Positions 33,732 through 42,616 of a DNA stretch of 64,000 nt are shown one piece after another. A program made the position numbers and the translations under genes. The stretch covers positions 736,001 to 800,000 of the forward strand of contig CAWJET010000002.1 of assembly GCA_963842085.1 (NCBI GenBank). The letters run 5' to 3'. The notes below the pieces were generated by a model that was given only the letters and a program-made list of their open reading frames with translations, searched no databases and was not told the DNA's origin. Source of the stretch: an uncultured delta proteobacterium. Lineage in GTDB: Bacteria; Desulfobacterota; Binatia; Binatales; Binataceae. Positions within the stretch are counted from its first letter, which is position 1. Every line of letters begins with the position of its first letter.

Positions 33732-34682
33732 TCAATCTACGTCGGAAGTCCTGGTGGACCGAGGATCGGGCGCGAATAAATCGGCGTGCTGCGCGACAAA
33801 GTCGCGCACACTCAACGCGGGCCTTTTCGTGATCGCCTCGACATCGTGACTGATGCGATCATAGCGGTTGACGGAGTGCAGGCGGGCCATCGTCAGCAGA
33901 TGGTGGACGACATGCTCCGGCAGGTTGCGCTTGGCCAACTCCTGATCACGCCACTGCTCCAAAGGCACATCAACGTACCTGATGGTTCGGCCCAGCGCGC
34001 TTGAATATTCCGCCGCCACGGCATGCATGTCCTCAGACCTTGGCCCGGTCAGTTCATACACCTTGCCGATATGAGCGGCCGGGCTTGCCAAAATCGTCGC
34101 CATCACCTCGGCCACATCCGCAACCGCAACCGGAGATGTCCGCCCGGTGCCGAAGGGCAACCGGATTGTGCCATCCCGGGCAATCGATTCGGCAGCCCAG
34201 GCCAGGAAGAAGAAGTTTTCCAGGAACACCGTCGGGCGGACATGCACGACCGGCAGTCCTGACCAGCTCAAGACCTGCTCGGCGAGCAGATGCTGGCGCT
34301 GCTGCGGAGACTCCGTCATGTTGAGGAGAGTCATTTGCGACACGGTCATTTGTGAGATGTTGACGAACACCTCCAGATCGCCGCGCTCGCGCGCCACGGC
34401 TGCCGCGATGACGGTGGCCTCCAGATAGGGCGGGGACACGCTCATCCCGAAGTAAATGCGCCGGCAACCCTCCAACGCACGCGCCACATCCGCGCCCTGC
34501 GTCATGTCACCGACGACAACCTCGGCGCCGGTCGCGCGCAGCGCCTCAGCGCGTTCATCCTCGCGCCGGACCAGCGCCCGGACCGGCAGGCCGCGCCCGC
34601 GCAGCAGCTCCACGACGGTGCGGCCAACCGCGCCGACGCTACCGGCGGCGCCGGTGACAAGGATGGGGTTCTCAACCGGCAT
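33732..34682 (-). CDS. NmrA-family NAD(P)-binding protein
   Basis: ILVTGAAGSVGAVG, VRPTVFLEN, SPVAVADVA, YELTGP. Confidence 0.88.
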   Translation of the reverse strand: MPVENPILVTGAAGSVGAVGRTVVELLRGRGLPVRALVRREDERAEALRATGAEVVVGDMTQGADVARALEGCRRIYFGMSVSPPYLEATVIAAAVARERGDLEVFVNISQMTVSQMTLLNMTESPQQRQHLLAEQVLSWSGLPVVHVRPTVFLENFFFLAWAAESIARDGTIRLPFGTGRTSPVAVADVAEVMATILASPAAHIGKVYELTGPRSEDMHAVAAEYSSALGRTIRYVDVPLEQWRDQELAKRNLPEHVVHHLLTMARLHSVNRYDRISHDVEAITKRPALSVRDFVAQHADLFAPDPRSTRTSDVD

Positions 34683-34728
34683 CTCGGTGTTTCACTTCCC
34701 ACTCAGGCTCGCGTTACAAGGCGCGGTG

Positions 34729-36972
34729 CTACTCCGGGCGGTCGGGGATCAGCTTCAACTTGCCCTGCTTGACGGGACGGCTGGACCGCGATGTTCCCGC
34801 TGCCGCCCCAGTCGCTGCTCCCGCGCCGCGGCGGCCTCGAGTCTTTGCCGGGATGCCGGCATCCTTTGTCTTGCCGCGCGCTTCCACGCCGGCGTGCTGA
34901 TGCGCTGAGCCGGGCGGGAGCGACGGCTGCTCGGGACGGCGCGGCTGATCCATCCCGAAGGCGTGCTGCTCGAGTTTCTTGATCTGGTCGCGCAGATCGG
35001 CGGCGCGCTCGTAGTCGAGATTCTCCGCCGCGTCCATCATCTGCTTGCGCAGCTCTGTGATCCGATCGGGCAGCTCGTGCGCGGGGATGAAGTCTTCGTC
35101 CGCCTGTTTATCGTCGCCGATTTCGGGCACCACCGCCCACTCGGGCGAGTACATCTCGACCAGCGACGCGTCGATCGCCTTGGTGATCGACATCGGCATG
35201 ATGCCGTGCTGCTCGTTGTATGCGAGTTGCTTGGCGCGCCGGCGGTTGGTCTCGCCGATAGCCTGTTCCATCGACTTGGTAACGACGTCGGCATACATCA
35301 TGACGCGGCCGTTGATGTGGCGGGCGGCGCGGCCGGTAGTCTGGATCAGCGACCGCGCCGAGCGCAGGTAGCCCTCCTTGTCGGCGTCGAGAATCGCAAC
35401 CAGCGACACCTCCGGCAGGTCGAGGCCTTCGCGCAGCAGGTTGATCCCGACCAGTACGTCGAATTCGCCCTTGCGCAGGCTGCGGATGATCTCGACCCGC
35501 TCGATCGTCTCGATGTCCGAGTGCAGGTAGCGCACGCGGACGCCGAGGTCGTGGTAATAGTCGGTCAAATCCTCGGCCATCTTCTTGGTCAGGCAGGTCA
35601 CCAGCACGCGCTCGTTCACTGCGACGCGTTTGTGAATCTCCTCGAGCAGATCATCGACCTGCGTACCGGCCTTGCGCACCTCGATTTCGGGATCGATAAG
35701 CCCGGTCGGGCGAATGAGCTGCTCGACGATGAGCCCGCCTGATTTCTCCTGTTCGTAGTCGCCGGGCGTCGCCGAAACATAGACCGCCTGCACGACGTGC
35801 GATTCCCATTCCTCGAAATTCAAGGGGCGATTGTCGAGCGCCGAAGGCAGCCGGAAGCCGAAGTCAACGAGCACCTGCTTGCGCGAACGATCGCCGCGAT
35901 ACATCCCGCCGATTTGCGGCACTGTGACGTGGCTCTCGTCGATGAAAAACAGCGAATTGTTCGGGAAGTAGTCGAGCAGTGTCGGCGGCGCCTGTCCCGG
36001 CAGGCGTCCGGTCAGGTGGCGCGAATAGTTCTCGATTCCGGGGCAGAAGCCCATCTCGGCCAGCAGCTCGAGGTCGTACATCGTGCGCTGCTCCAGGCGC
36101 TGGGCCTCCAGCAGCCGATTCTCCGTGCGGAAGAACTCGAGACGCTCTTTCAGTTCGACGCGGATGTCCCGCACCGCGATTTCCATCCGGTCCGACGTGG
36201 TCACGTAATGCGATGCCGGGTAGATCGCGACGCTTTGCAGCTTGCGTATCGCCTTGCCGCGGAGCGCGTCGATTTCGTACAACGCCTCGACTTGGTCGCC
36301 GAAGAACTCGACTCGCACCGCGCGCTGCTCTTCGTAGGCGGGAAAAATCTCGACGGTGTCGCCGCGCACCCGGAATGTCCCGCGATGAAAATCGTAGTCG
36401 TTGCGTTGATACTGGATGTCCACCAGCTTGCGCAGCATCTTGTCGCGGTCGATGGTCTGCCCCTCTTCGAGAAACACCAGCATCTCGAAGTACACCTCGG
36501 GCTCGCCCAGTCCGTAGATGCACGAGACCGACGCCACGATCAGCACGTCGTTGCGCTCGAGCAGCGCCTTGGTGGCGGAATGGCGCAGCTTGTCGATCTC
36601 GTCGTTGATGCTCGCGTCTTTCTCAATGAACGTGTCGGTCGAGGGCACGTACGCTTCGGGCTGATAGTAGTCGTAATACGAGACGAAGTAGCGGACTGCA
36701 TTTTCCGGGAACAGGCTCTTGAACTCGTTGTAGAGCTGGGCGGCCAGCGTCTTGTTTGGCGCCATCACGAGCGTCGGCCGGTTCACGCGCGCGATCACGT
36801 TGGCCATTGTGAACGTCTTGCCCGAGCCGGTGACGCCGAGCAGAACCTGGTGGGGGACGTGCTCGTTCAGATTGGCGACGATCGAATCGATCGCGGCCGG
36901 TTGGTCGCCCTCAGGCTTGTAACCCGAGACCAGCTTGAAGGTTCCCTCTTTGCCGCGCGCCAGTGAGAGCAT
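34729..36972 (-). CDS. uvrB: Excinuclease ABC subunit B
   Basis: [42 protein letters not shown] domain. Confidence 0.98.
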   Translation of the reverse strand: MLSLARGKEGTFKLVSGYKPEGDQPAAIDSIVANLNEHVPHQVLLGVTGSGKTFTMANVIARVNRPTLVMAPNKTLAAQLYNEFKSLFPENAVRYFVSYYDYYQPEAYVPSTDTFIEKDASINDEIDKLRHSATKALLERNDVLIVASVSCIYGLGEPEVYFEMLVFLEEGQTIDRDKMLRKLVDIQYQRNDYDFHRGTFRVRGDTVEIFPAYEEQRAVRVEFFGDQVEALYEIDALRGKAIRKLQSVAIYPASHYVTTSDRMEIAVRDIRVELKERLEFFRTENRLLEAQRLEQRTMYDLELLAEMGFCPGIENYSRHLTGRLPGQAPPTLLDYFPNNSLFFIDESHVTVPQIGGMYRGDRSRKQVLVDFGFRLPSALDNRPLNFEEWESHVVQAVYVSATPGDYEQEKSGGLIVEQLIRPTGLIDPEIEVRKAGTQVDDLLEEIHKRVAVNERVLVTCLTKKMAEDLTDYYHDLGVRVRYLHSDIETIERVEIIRSLRKGEFDVLVGINLLREGLDLPEVSLVAILDADKEGYLRSARSLIQTTGRAARHINGRVMMYADVVTKSMEQAIGETNRRRAKQLAYNEQHGIMPMSITKAIDASLVEMYSPEWAVVPEIGDDKQADEDFIPAHELPDRITELRKQMMDAAENLDYERAADLRDQIKKLEQHAFGMDQPRRPEQPSLPPGSAHQHAGVEARGKTKDAGIPAKTRGRRGAGAATGAAAGTSRSSRPVKQGKLKLIPDRPE

Positions 36973-37239
36973 GATAAAGAAAAGAGTTTAGCAGGGTTTG
37001 CGCTTTTTGCGGAAATTCGCAGCCGAGTCAGCCGGGATCAGAACGACGGTGGAACTGCCACGGGTAACCGAACTCTGACAGCGCCGTACACCTTAGGGTA
37101 GGCAAATGGGTAGGGCAAATCTGTCGACGCGAGAACACAGGTTTACACTCCGCGCATTTGCTAGGATATGACGCCAGCGAACGACGGCATATCGATTGCC
37201 GCCTAACTTGAACGGAGTTGAGATGAGGAGAAATCACGT

Positions 37240-37740
37240 ATGAAGCATTCGAAAACCATGCTAGCCGGCCTGATTTTGTTGCTCGCGGCCGCGATGCCGT
37301 CGATGGCGATGGCACAGTACGGGGAACCGCGCTTGGACCATTTCCTCGATAGCCATCCGGGCATGAAGACCCAACTCGAGCGAAATCCCGACCTGATTTA
37401 CAACAGGAACTTCCGCAAACAGCACCCCGATCTAGAGGCGTTCATGCAGAATCATCCCAACGTCTGGGGAAAGCTCGCGGGCAGCGGTCGCTGGGGCGCC
37501 TACGGCCCCGATCACAATTGGCACGAGGCTGACTGGTGGCATGAGCACGATCCCGGCTGGCTGTACAAGAACCATCCCGAATGGGCCGAGAATCATCCGG
37601 ACTGGAGAGCCGACCAAACTAACCATCCCGAATGGTTCAGACATCCGATCGAGGCAATGCATCACGAAGAAGCCGTACATCACGAGCACGAAGAAGCCGT
37701 ACATCACGAGGAAGCCGTCGAGCACCACCACCATGACTAG
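37240..37740 (+). CDS. Secreted His/Trp-rich repeat protein
   Basis: Signal peptide ending AMA; repeated HP and NHP(E/D)W motifs; HHEEAV tail; RBS GAGGAG. Confidence 0.8.
   Translation: MKHSKTMLAGLILLLAAAMPSMAMAQYGEPRLDHFLDSHPGMKTQLERNPDLIYNRNFRKQHPDLEAFMQNHPNVWGKLAGSGRWGAYGPDHNWHEADWWHEHDPGWLYKNHPEWAENHPDWRADQTNHPEWFRHPIEAMHHEEAVHHEHEEAVHHEEAVEHHHHD
37663..37710 (+). repeat. Perfect 24-bp tandem duplication in His-rich tail
   Basis: CACGAAGAAGCCGTACATCACGAG x2. Confidence 0.9.
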
Positions 37741-37921
37741 TTCGACCTAGACGACTGCTCCGGACACAGTCTCTTTGCGGACGTTCGGAGCGTTATATGA
37801 GCCGAGCTTGACCGGGAAACCCGGGCACCTTCACCGCTACTTATCCACAGCAATCCCGGGCTGCGCCGACAGAACGGCGGCCAGCCCGGGTAAAAAATCT
37901 CGCTTTTCACCCCCGGACGTG

Positions 37922-37951
37922 TTGCATTCTTGTTACAAATATAACTATATT
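37922..37951 (+). promoter_or_regulatory. Putative sigma70 promoter of first OmpA gene
   Basis: TTGCAT-N18-TATATT in an AT-rich patch. Confidence 0.5.
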
Positions 37952-38058
37952 TCCCCGTCAATTGGGTGGGGTAATACCCGTTTGCACATGGGTTCGCGAT
38001 TCGGGGGCAAGTGAGGGGTCCACTTCGCGCGTAGACGCATCTGGGTGAGGAGGAGTTC

Positions 38059-38778
38059 ATGAGACTGAAATCGAGGCTATTGAATGCGGTCGCCGGCGTC
38101 GCGGGTGTCGCGCTACTTGCGTCGGGCGTGAGCGGTTGCGCGTACTTGCAGCAGCCGCGTCATTGGGGAACCTGCGCGATCGTCGGAGGACTGCTTGGCG
38201 CAGGCGTCGGCGCTGCCTCTGGCATCGTCATCGCCGACAACAGCCAGAGCAAACGAAATGATCAAAGCGCCAGTAATGACGCCCGGGCTTGGGCTGGTGT
38301 GGGTGGAGCAGTCGTAGGCGCGGGAGTCGGCGCGTTAGCTGGCCACTACCTCTGCGACGAGATCATTCAGCCGCCACCGCCTCCGCCGCCACCGCCACCT
38401 CCTCCGCCGCCGCCACCTCCTCCGCCGCCGCCGGTCAAGGAGAAGCTGGTGCTCCGCGGTGTGCATTTCGACTTCAACAAGTCGAATATCCGTCCGGGTG
38501 ACGCCGCCGTTCTGGACGAGGCCGCAACGACTCTGAAGGCCAATCCGAACGTGACGATCAACGTCAACGGCTACTGCGACGCTATCGGCGGCGAGGAATA
38601 CAACCTCAAGCTGTCCGATCGCCGTGCAGACGCCGTGGTGGATTACCTGGTGAAAGCCGGAATCCCGTCGAGCCAGTTGATTCCGCACGGGTACGGCAAG
38701 ACCGATTTCGTCGCGACCAACGACACGGCCGAGGGCCGCGCCCAGAACCGGCGCGTCGAACTGGTGCCTAACGAATAG
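38059..38778 (+). CDS. Glycine-zipper/OmpA-family lipoprotein, copy 1
   Basis: Lipobox VSGC, glycine zipper, 21 Pro, VHFDFNKS...NRRVEL OmpA_C domain; RBS AGGAGGAG. Confidence 0.92.
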   Translation: MRLKSRLLNAVAGVAGVALLASGVSGCAYLQQPRHWGTCAIVGGLLGAGVGAASGIVIADNSQSKRNDQSASNDARAWAGVGGAVVGAGVGALAGHYLCDEIIQPPPPPPPPPPPPPPPPPPPPPVKEKLVLRGVHFDFNKSNIRPGDAAVLDEAATTLKANPNVTINVNGYCDAIGGEEYNLKLSDRRADAVVDYLVKAGIPSSQLIPHGYGKTDFVATNDTAEGRAQNRRVELVPNE

Positions 38779-38806
38779 GTCGAGCCGAGACTGAAACCGT
38801 CCGCAA

Positions 38807-38845
38807 GCGGCCGCAGTCCCCGAGGGGCTGCGGCCGCATCTTTTT
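38807..38845 (+). terminator. Intrinsic terminator after OmpA copy 1
   Basis: GCGGCCGCAGTCCC-CGA-GGGGCTGCGGCCGC plus T tract. Confidence 0.85.
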
Positions 38846-38925
38846 GTGAACGAGTTATTACGAATCTCACCCTATGAAACTGATTTTCGGCCTCAATGGA
38901 CCTGCCTAAGCAAAAATGGCAGAAT
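38845..38925 (+). promoter_or_regulatory. Putative activator box and promoter of OmpA copy 2
   Basis: TGTGAA-N6-ATTACG, 34 bp gap, TGGACC-N17-CAGAAT with TG extension; conserved at 39722-39802. Confidence 0.55.
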
Positions 38926-38972
38926 TCGCGCGGTTTCGGTTCCTGAATAGCTTGAACCTAGGGAGGGTGCTC

Positions 38973-39653
38973 GTGTTTAAGTGGAAGAATTGGATAGGAG
39001 CAGCGGCATCTGTCGCTCTACTGACGGTCTCGTCGTGCGCGTCGTGGACGCCTGAGCAGAAGGAGTACACAGCCATCGGAGCGGGCAGCGGCGCGCTCAT
39101 CGGTGGAGGCGTAGGGTGTGCAATTGGTCTCCAAACAGATGAAGATGATCCCAAGGCAGTAGGTCTTGGATGCGGCTTGGGCGTGCTGACCGGCGCGCTG
39201 GTCGGCGGCGTGGCCGGCTACCTGCTGGCGCCGAAGCCGGTGCCGCCGCCTCCGCCACCGCCGCCACCACCGCCGCCACCGCCACCGCCACCGCCCCCGC
39301 CGCCGCCGGTCAAGCAGAAGCTGGTGCTGCGCGGAGTGCATTTCGACTTCAACAAGGCCGTCATCCGCCCGGGTGATGCCGCCGTGCTAGACGAGGCCAT
39401 TACGACTCTGAAGGCCAATCCCAACGTCGTGATCAACGTGAACGGTTACTGCGACGCTATCGGCGACGAGGAATACAACTTGAAACTGTCACGCTACCGT
39501 GGGAACGCCGTGGCAAATTACCTGTTGAACGGCGGAATCCAAGCGACCCAGTTGAGGGTGCACGGCTACGGCAAGACCGACTTCGTCGCGACCAACAAGA
39601 CGGCTGAGGGTCGCGCTCAGAACCGGCGCGTCGAGCTGGTACCCGAAGAATAA
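38973..39653 (+). CDS. Glycine-zipper/OmpA-family lipoprotein, copy 2
   Basis: GTG start after GGGAGG, lipobox VSSC, glycine zipper, 22 Pro, OmpA_C. Confidence 0.9.
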   Translation: MFKWKNWIGAAASVALLTVSSCASWTPEQKEYTAIGAGSGALIGGGVGCAIGLQTDEDDPKAVGLGCGLGVLTGALVGGVAGYLLAPKPVPPPPPPPPPPPPPPPPPPPPPPVKQKLVLRGVHFDFNKAVIRPGDAAVLDEAITTLKANPNVVINVNGYCDAIGDEEYNLKLSRYRGNAVANYLLNGGIQATQLRVHGYGKTDFVATNKTAEGRAQNRRVELVPEE

Positions 39654-39681
39654 GCCGGGCTGGATTCTGCACGTCCGTAAC

Positions 39682-39720
39682 CGGCCGCAGTCCCGTCGAG
39701 GGGGCTGCGGCCGCTCTTTT
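39682..39720 (+). terminator. Intrinsic terminator after OmpA copy 2
   Basis: CGGCCGCAGTCCC...GGGGCTGCGGCCG plus T tract. Confidence 0.85.
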
Positions 39721-39721
39721 G

Positions 39722-39802
39722 TGTAAACGAACTATTACGGATCTCGCGCTATCCGACGGGTTCGCTTCCCCGATGGACCTTGCTCCCCAAAAGTGGCAGA
39801 AT
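39722..39802 (+). promoter_or_regulatory. Putative activator box and promoter of OmpA copy 3
   Basis: TGTAAA-N6-ATTACG, 34 bp gap, TGGACC-N17-CAGAAT. Confidence 0.55.
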
Positions 39803-39849
39803 GCCGGAAGTTTAATTCCGGAACAGTTCGAACCTTGGGAGGGGTGCCT

Positions 39850-40533
39850 GTGCTTAAATCGAAAAGTTGGATTGCTGTAGCGGCGTGTGTCGTCCTTTTG
39901 ATGGTCTCTGGTTGCGCGAATCTATCGGCGCCTCGACGCTGGGGCACATGCGCTGTAGTCGGCGGACTCGTCGGCGCGGGCGCCGGAGCGGGAATTGGCG
40001 TCGCAATCAATGAGAACACCGGTGACCACGAAAACCAGGTCGCATGGTCGACAGGCCTCGGCGGTGCGGGTGCGGTTCTGGGCGCCCTGGCCGGACACTA
40101 CATATGCGACCCGATAATCCAACCGCCGCCACCGCCTCCGCCACCACCACCGCCTCCACCGCCTCCTCCTCCGCCGCCTCCGCCGCCGGTCCGGCAGAAG
40201 CTGGTGCTGCGCGGAGTGCACTTCGATTTCAACAAGTCGAGGATTCGGCCGGGCGATGCCGCCGTTCTGGATGAGGCCGCAGCGACTTTGAAGGCCAATC
40301 CGAACGTCACCATCAACGTCAACGGCTACTGCGATGCGATCGGCGGCGAGGAATACAACCTCAAGCTGTCCGATCGCCGTGCAGACGCCGTGGTGGATTA
40401 CCTGGTGAAAGCCGGAATCCCGTCGAGCCAGCTGATTCCGCACGGGTACGGCAAGACCGATTTCGTCGCGACCAACGACACGGCTGAGGGCCGCGCCCAG
40501 AATCGCCGCGTCGAACTGGTGCCGAACGACTAA
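39850..40533 (+). CDS. Glycine-zipper/OmpA-family lipoprotein, copy 3
   Basis: GTG start after GGGAGG, lipobox VSGC, glycine zipper, 22 Pro, OmpA_C. Confidence 0.9.
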   Translation: MLKSKSWIAVAACVVLLMVSGCANLSAPRRWGTCAVVGGLVGAGAGAGIGVAINENTGDHENQVAWSTGLGGAGAVLGALAGHYICDPIIQPPPPPPPPPPPPPPPPPPPPPPVRQKLVLRGVHFDFNKSRIRPGDAAVLDEAAATLKANPNVTINVNGYCDAIGGEEYNLKLSDRRADAVVDYLVKAGIPSSQLIPHGYGKTDFVATNDTAEGRAQNRRVELVPND

Positions 40534-40562
40534 GGCCGGCCCAGGGCTGAAACGTCTGTAAC

Positions 40563-40597
40563 CGGCCGCAGTCCCACCGGGGGCTGCGGCCGCTTTT
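40563..40597 (+). terminator. Intrinsic terminator after OmpA copy 3
   Basis: CGGCCGCAGTCCC...GGGGCTGCGGCCG-CTTTT. Confidence 0.8.
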
Positions 40598-40664
40598 CAG
40601 GCGCCCCGGGCCGTGCCCCGGGGTGATGACGACGGCGCGCATTTTTGCTATAGAAACCATCGCT

Positions 40665-41282
40665 ATGATGTCTATACGAACAGTAGGATTAGGAGCCGCC
40701 GCGGCGCTCGCTATCACCGCGCTGATCGTTACGTCGCCGGCTCAGGCCCAATCGCAAGCACCGAGCGCCGTCGCGCCGGCAGTTCACGCCGACAATGACG
40801 CAATAACCGGGTCGCCACCTCCTGCCACAGCATCGGATAGCGCGGCCGTTCCGGTGGCTTACGCTCCGCCGGCGCCGAAGAAGACACTGGGGCAAAAGGT
40901 CAGCGCGCTGGTGGCGAAGCTTACCCCCGATCGGATCAAGCGCGACCTCGAATTCAAGAAAGCATCCGCGTTGTTCCCCGACTTCTGCAGGCATTGGGAG
41001 CAGGATTTGCGCGAGCGCGAGGCCAACAACCGATCGAAACTGCAGTTCAGCTTGAAAGATGGTTTCGAGACCGCGACCTACACCGCCTACGGCAAGATCG
41101 CCGGCTGCGAATCGCATCAATCGAAGGACGGCTACTCGATCGGCAAGATTACCTACGAGGAATTTGTCTACTACATCGTCGGCAAGTCCGAGGACGAAGC
41201 CAGGCAAGCGACTCCCAAGACCATCAGCGACACGCGCACCACAGAGATCTTCCGCTGGGACAATGGCAAATGGTTCTACTAG
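40665..41282 (+). CDS. Secreted hypothetical protein
   Basis: Signal peptide ending AQA, Ala/Pro linker, two Cys, TEIFRWDNGKWFY C-terminus; start uncertain. Confidence 0.75.
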   Translation: MMSIRTVGLGAAAALAITALIVTSPAQAQSQAPSAVAPAVHADNDAITGSPPPATASDSAAVPVAYAPPAPKKTLGQKVSALVAKLTPDRIKRDLEFKKASALFPDFCRHWEQDLREREANNRSKLQFSLKDGFETATYTAYGKIAGCESHQSKDGYSIGKITYEEFVYYIVGKSEDEARQATPKTISDTRTTEIFRWDNGKWFY

Positions 41283-41309
41283 CGCGGGCGTAAAATAGAG
41301 CCGGAAAGA

Positions 41310-41337
41310 AGCGCCGTTGGGAGACTCCAGCGGCGCT
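41310..41337. terminator. Hairpin between convergent genes
   Basis: AGCGCCGTTGG...CCAGCGGCGCT. Confidence 0.55.
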
Positions 41338-41359
41338 CGTCGTTTCAATTCGCGCGTTT

Positions 41360-42592
41360 CTAGTTCAACTCCTTGCTGCTGTAGTTCAGGATTCGGCGCG
41401 CGACAATTATCATGTTGATCTGCTGCGTGCCTTCGAAGATGTCGTTGATCTTCGCGTCGCGCATCCACTTCTCGACCAGGATTTTGCGCGAATAGCCCAG
41501 CGGCCCGAGCAGTTCGACCGCCTTCTGCGTGATCAACGTGACCGCCAGTCCCGCCTTCGCCTTGGCCATCGAGGCCTCGAGGCTGTTGCGCTTGCCGGTG
41601 TCGAGCATCCAGGCCGCGCGCCAGGTGAGCAATCGCGCGGCCTGCAGTTGCACTTCCATCTCCATGAAATCGCGCTCGACCGCGGTCAGGCGGCGCGGCG
41701 AGAGTCCGTAGCGAATCGGCACGTTCTGCTGCTTGAGGAAGTCGCGCACAAAGTCGAGCGCCGCGCGCCCTACTCCGATGGCCATCGCGGCAACGATCGG
41801 CCGGGTCGCGTCGAAGGTCGCCATCACGTCCTTGAAGCCGCCTTCCTTGCGGACCTCGGCGCTGCCCAGGAGATGGTCGAGCGGAATCCGGCAGTTGTCG
41901 AAAACGATCGCCGCGGTGTCGGAAGCGCGGATGCCAAGCTTGTTCTCGACCCTGACCACCGTCATGCCGGGGGTGTTGTGCTCGACCACGAACGGCTTGA
42001 TTCCGGGACGTCCCGCGGTCTTGTCCACCGTCGCCCACACCACGACGAAGCCTTCGGACTTCTCGGCCGCCATCTCGCCGGCGGTGCAGAATATTTTGGT
42101 GCCGTTGATCACCCAATGGTCGCCGTCGCGGGTTGCGGTGGTCGTGACCGCCGACGAATCGGAACCGAAGCCCGGCTCGGTAATTGCCATCGCGCCCCAC
42201 TTCGGCTTGCCCTCCTTGAATCGCTTGAGGAAGCGCTCCTTCTGTTCGGGCGTCCCCGCCGCCATCACCGCCGCGCCGCCGAGTCCCGAGTTGGGCGTGG
42301 ACAGGTACAGGCCGGCGTCGCCCCAGCACAGTTCCTCGGTGCTGAGCACGGTCAGCAGATTGCCGCGCCGGGGGGTCGACGGCGCCGCGCCATCGGCCTT
42401 CTTGCTCCTGTCGACGCCGACCTGGACGTCGGCGGCAGCGGACGCCGACCACATCGACTCGTAGAACTGGGTGGGCTTGGTGTGCTCGTGCTCGTCGCAG
42501 TCGCGCGAGATCGGACGCATCATGTGTTCCGACACCGCGTGGTACATCTGCAGCCGACTCAGAATTTGTGGTTCGAGTTCGAAATCGATCAT
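41360..42592 (-). CDS. Acyl-CoA dehydrogenase (subunit with catalytic Glu)
   Basis: EELCWGD, AITEPGFGSD, NGTKIF, KLGIRAS, RDAKINDIFEGT. Confidence 0.93.
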   Translation of the reverse strand: MIDFELEPQILSRLQMYHAVSEHMMRPISRDCDEHEHTKPTQFYESMWSASAAADVQVGVDRSKKADGAAPSTPRRGNLLTVLSTEELCWGDAGLYLSTPNSGLGGAAVMAAGTPEQKERFLKRFKEGKPKWGAMAITEPGFGSDSSAVTTTATRDGDHWVINGTKIFCTAGEMAAEKSEGFVVVWATVDKTAGRPGIKPFVVEHNTPGMTVVRVENKLGIRASDTAAIVFDNCRIPLDHLLGSAEVRKEGGFKDVMATFDATRPIVAAMAIGVGRAALDFVRDFLKQQNVPIRYGLSPRRLTAVERDFMEMEVQLQAARLLTWRAAWMLDTGKRNSLEASMAKAKAGLAVTLITQKAVELLGPLGYSRKILVEKWMRDAKINDIFEGTQQINMIIVARRILNYSSKELN

Positions 42593-42616
42593 GACTGTAT
42601 CTCCGTCGCAGCCTGA

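Noticed and set aside
37096-37150. Possible c-di-GMP-I riboswitch (GGCAAA...GACGC...GGTTTAC) or GGGTAG(G)GCAAAT direct repeat
   Set aside because: The candidate stem is mostly G-T pairs and the GCAAA after GAC is missing; cannot support without an Rfam scan.
37841-37849. Perfect DnaA box TTATCCACA suggesting oriC
   Set aside because: Single box with no cluster and no dnaA/dnaN nearby; could be regulatory or chance.
38371-40188. CCG/CCA/CCT repeats as CRISPR or microsatellite
   Set aside because: They are in-frame polyproline codons; no repeat-spacer structure or cas genes in the window.
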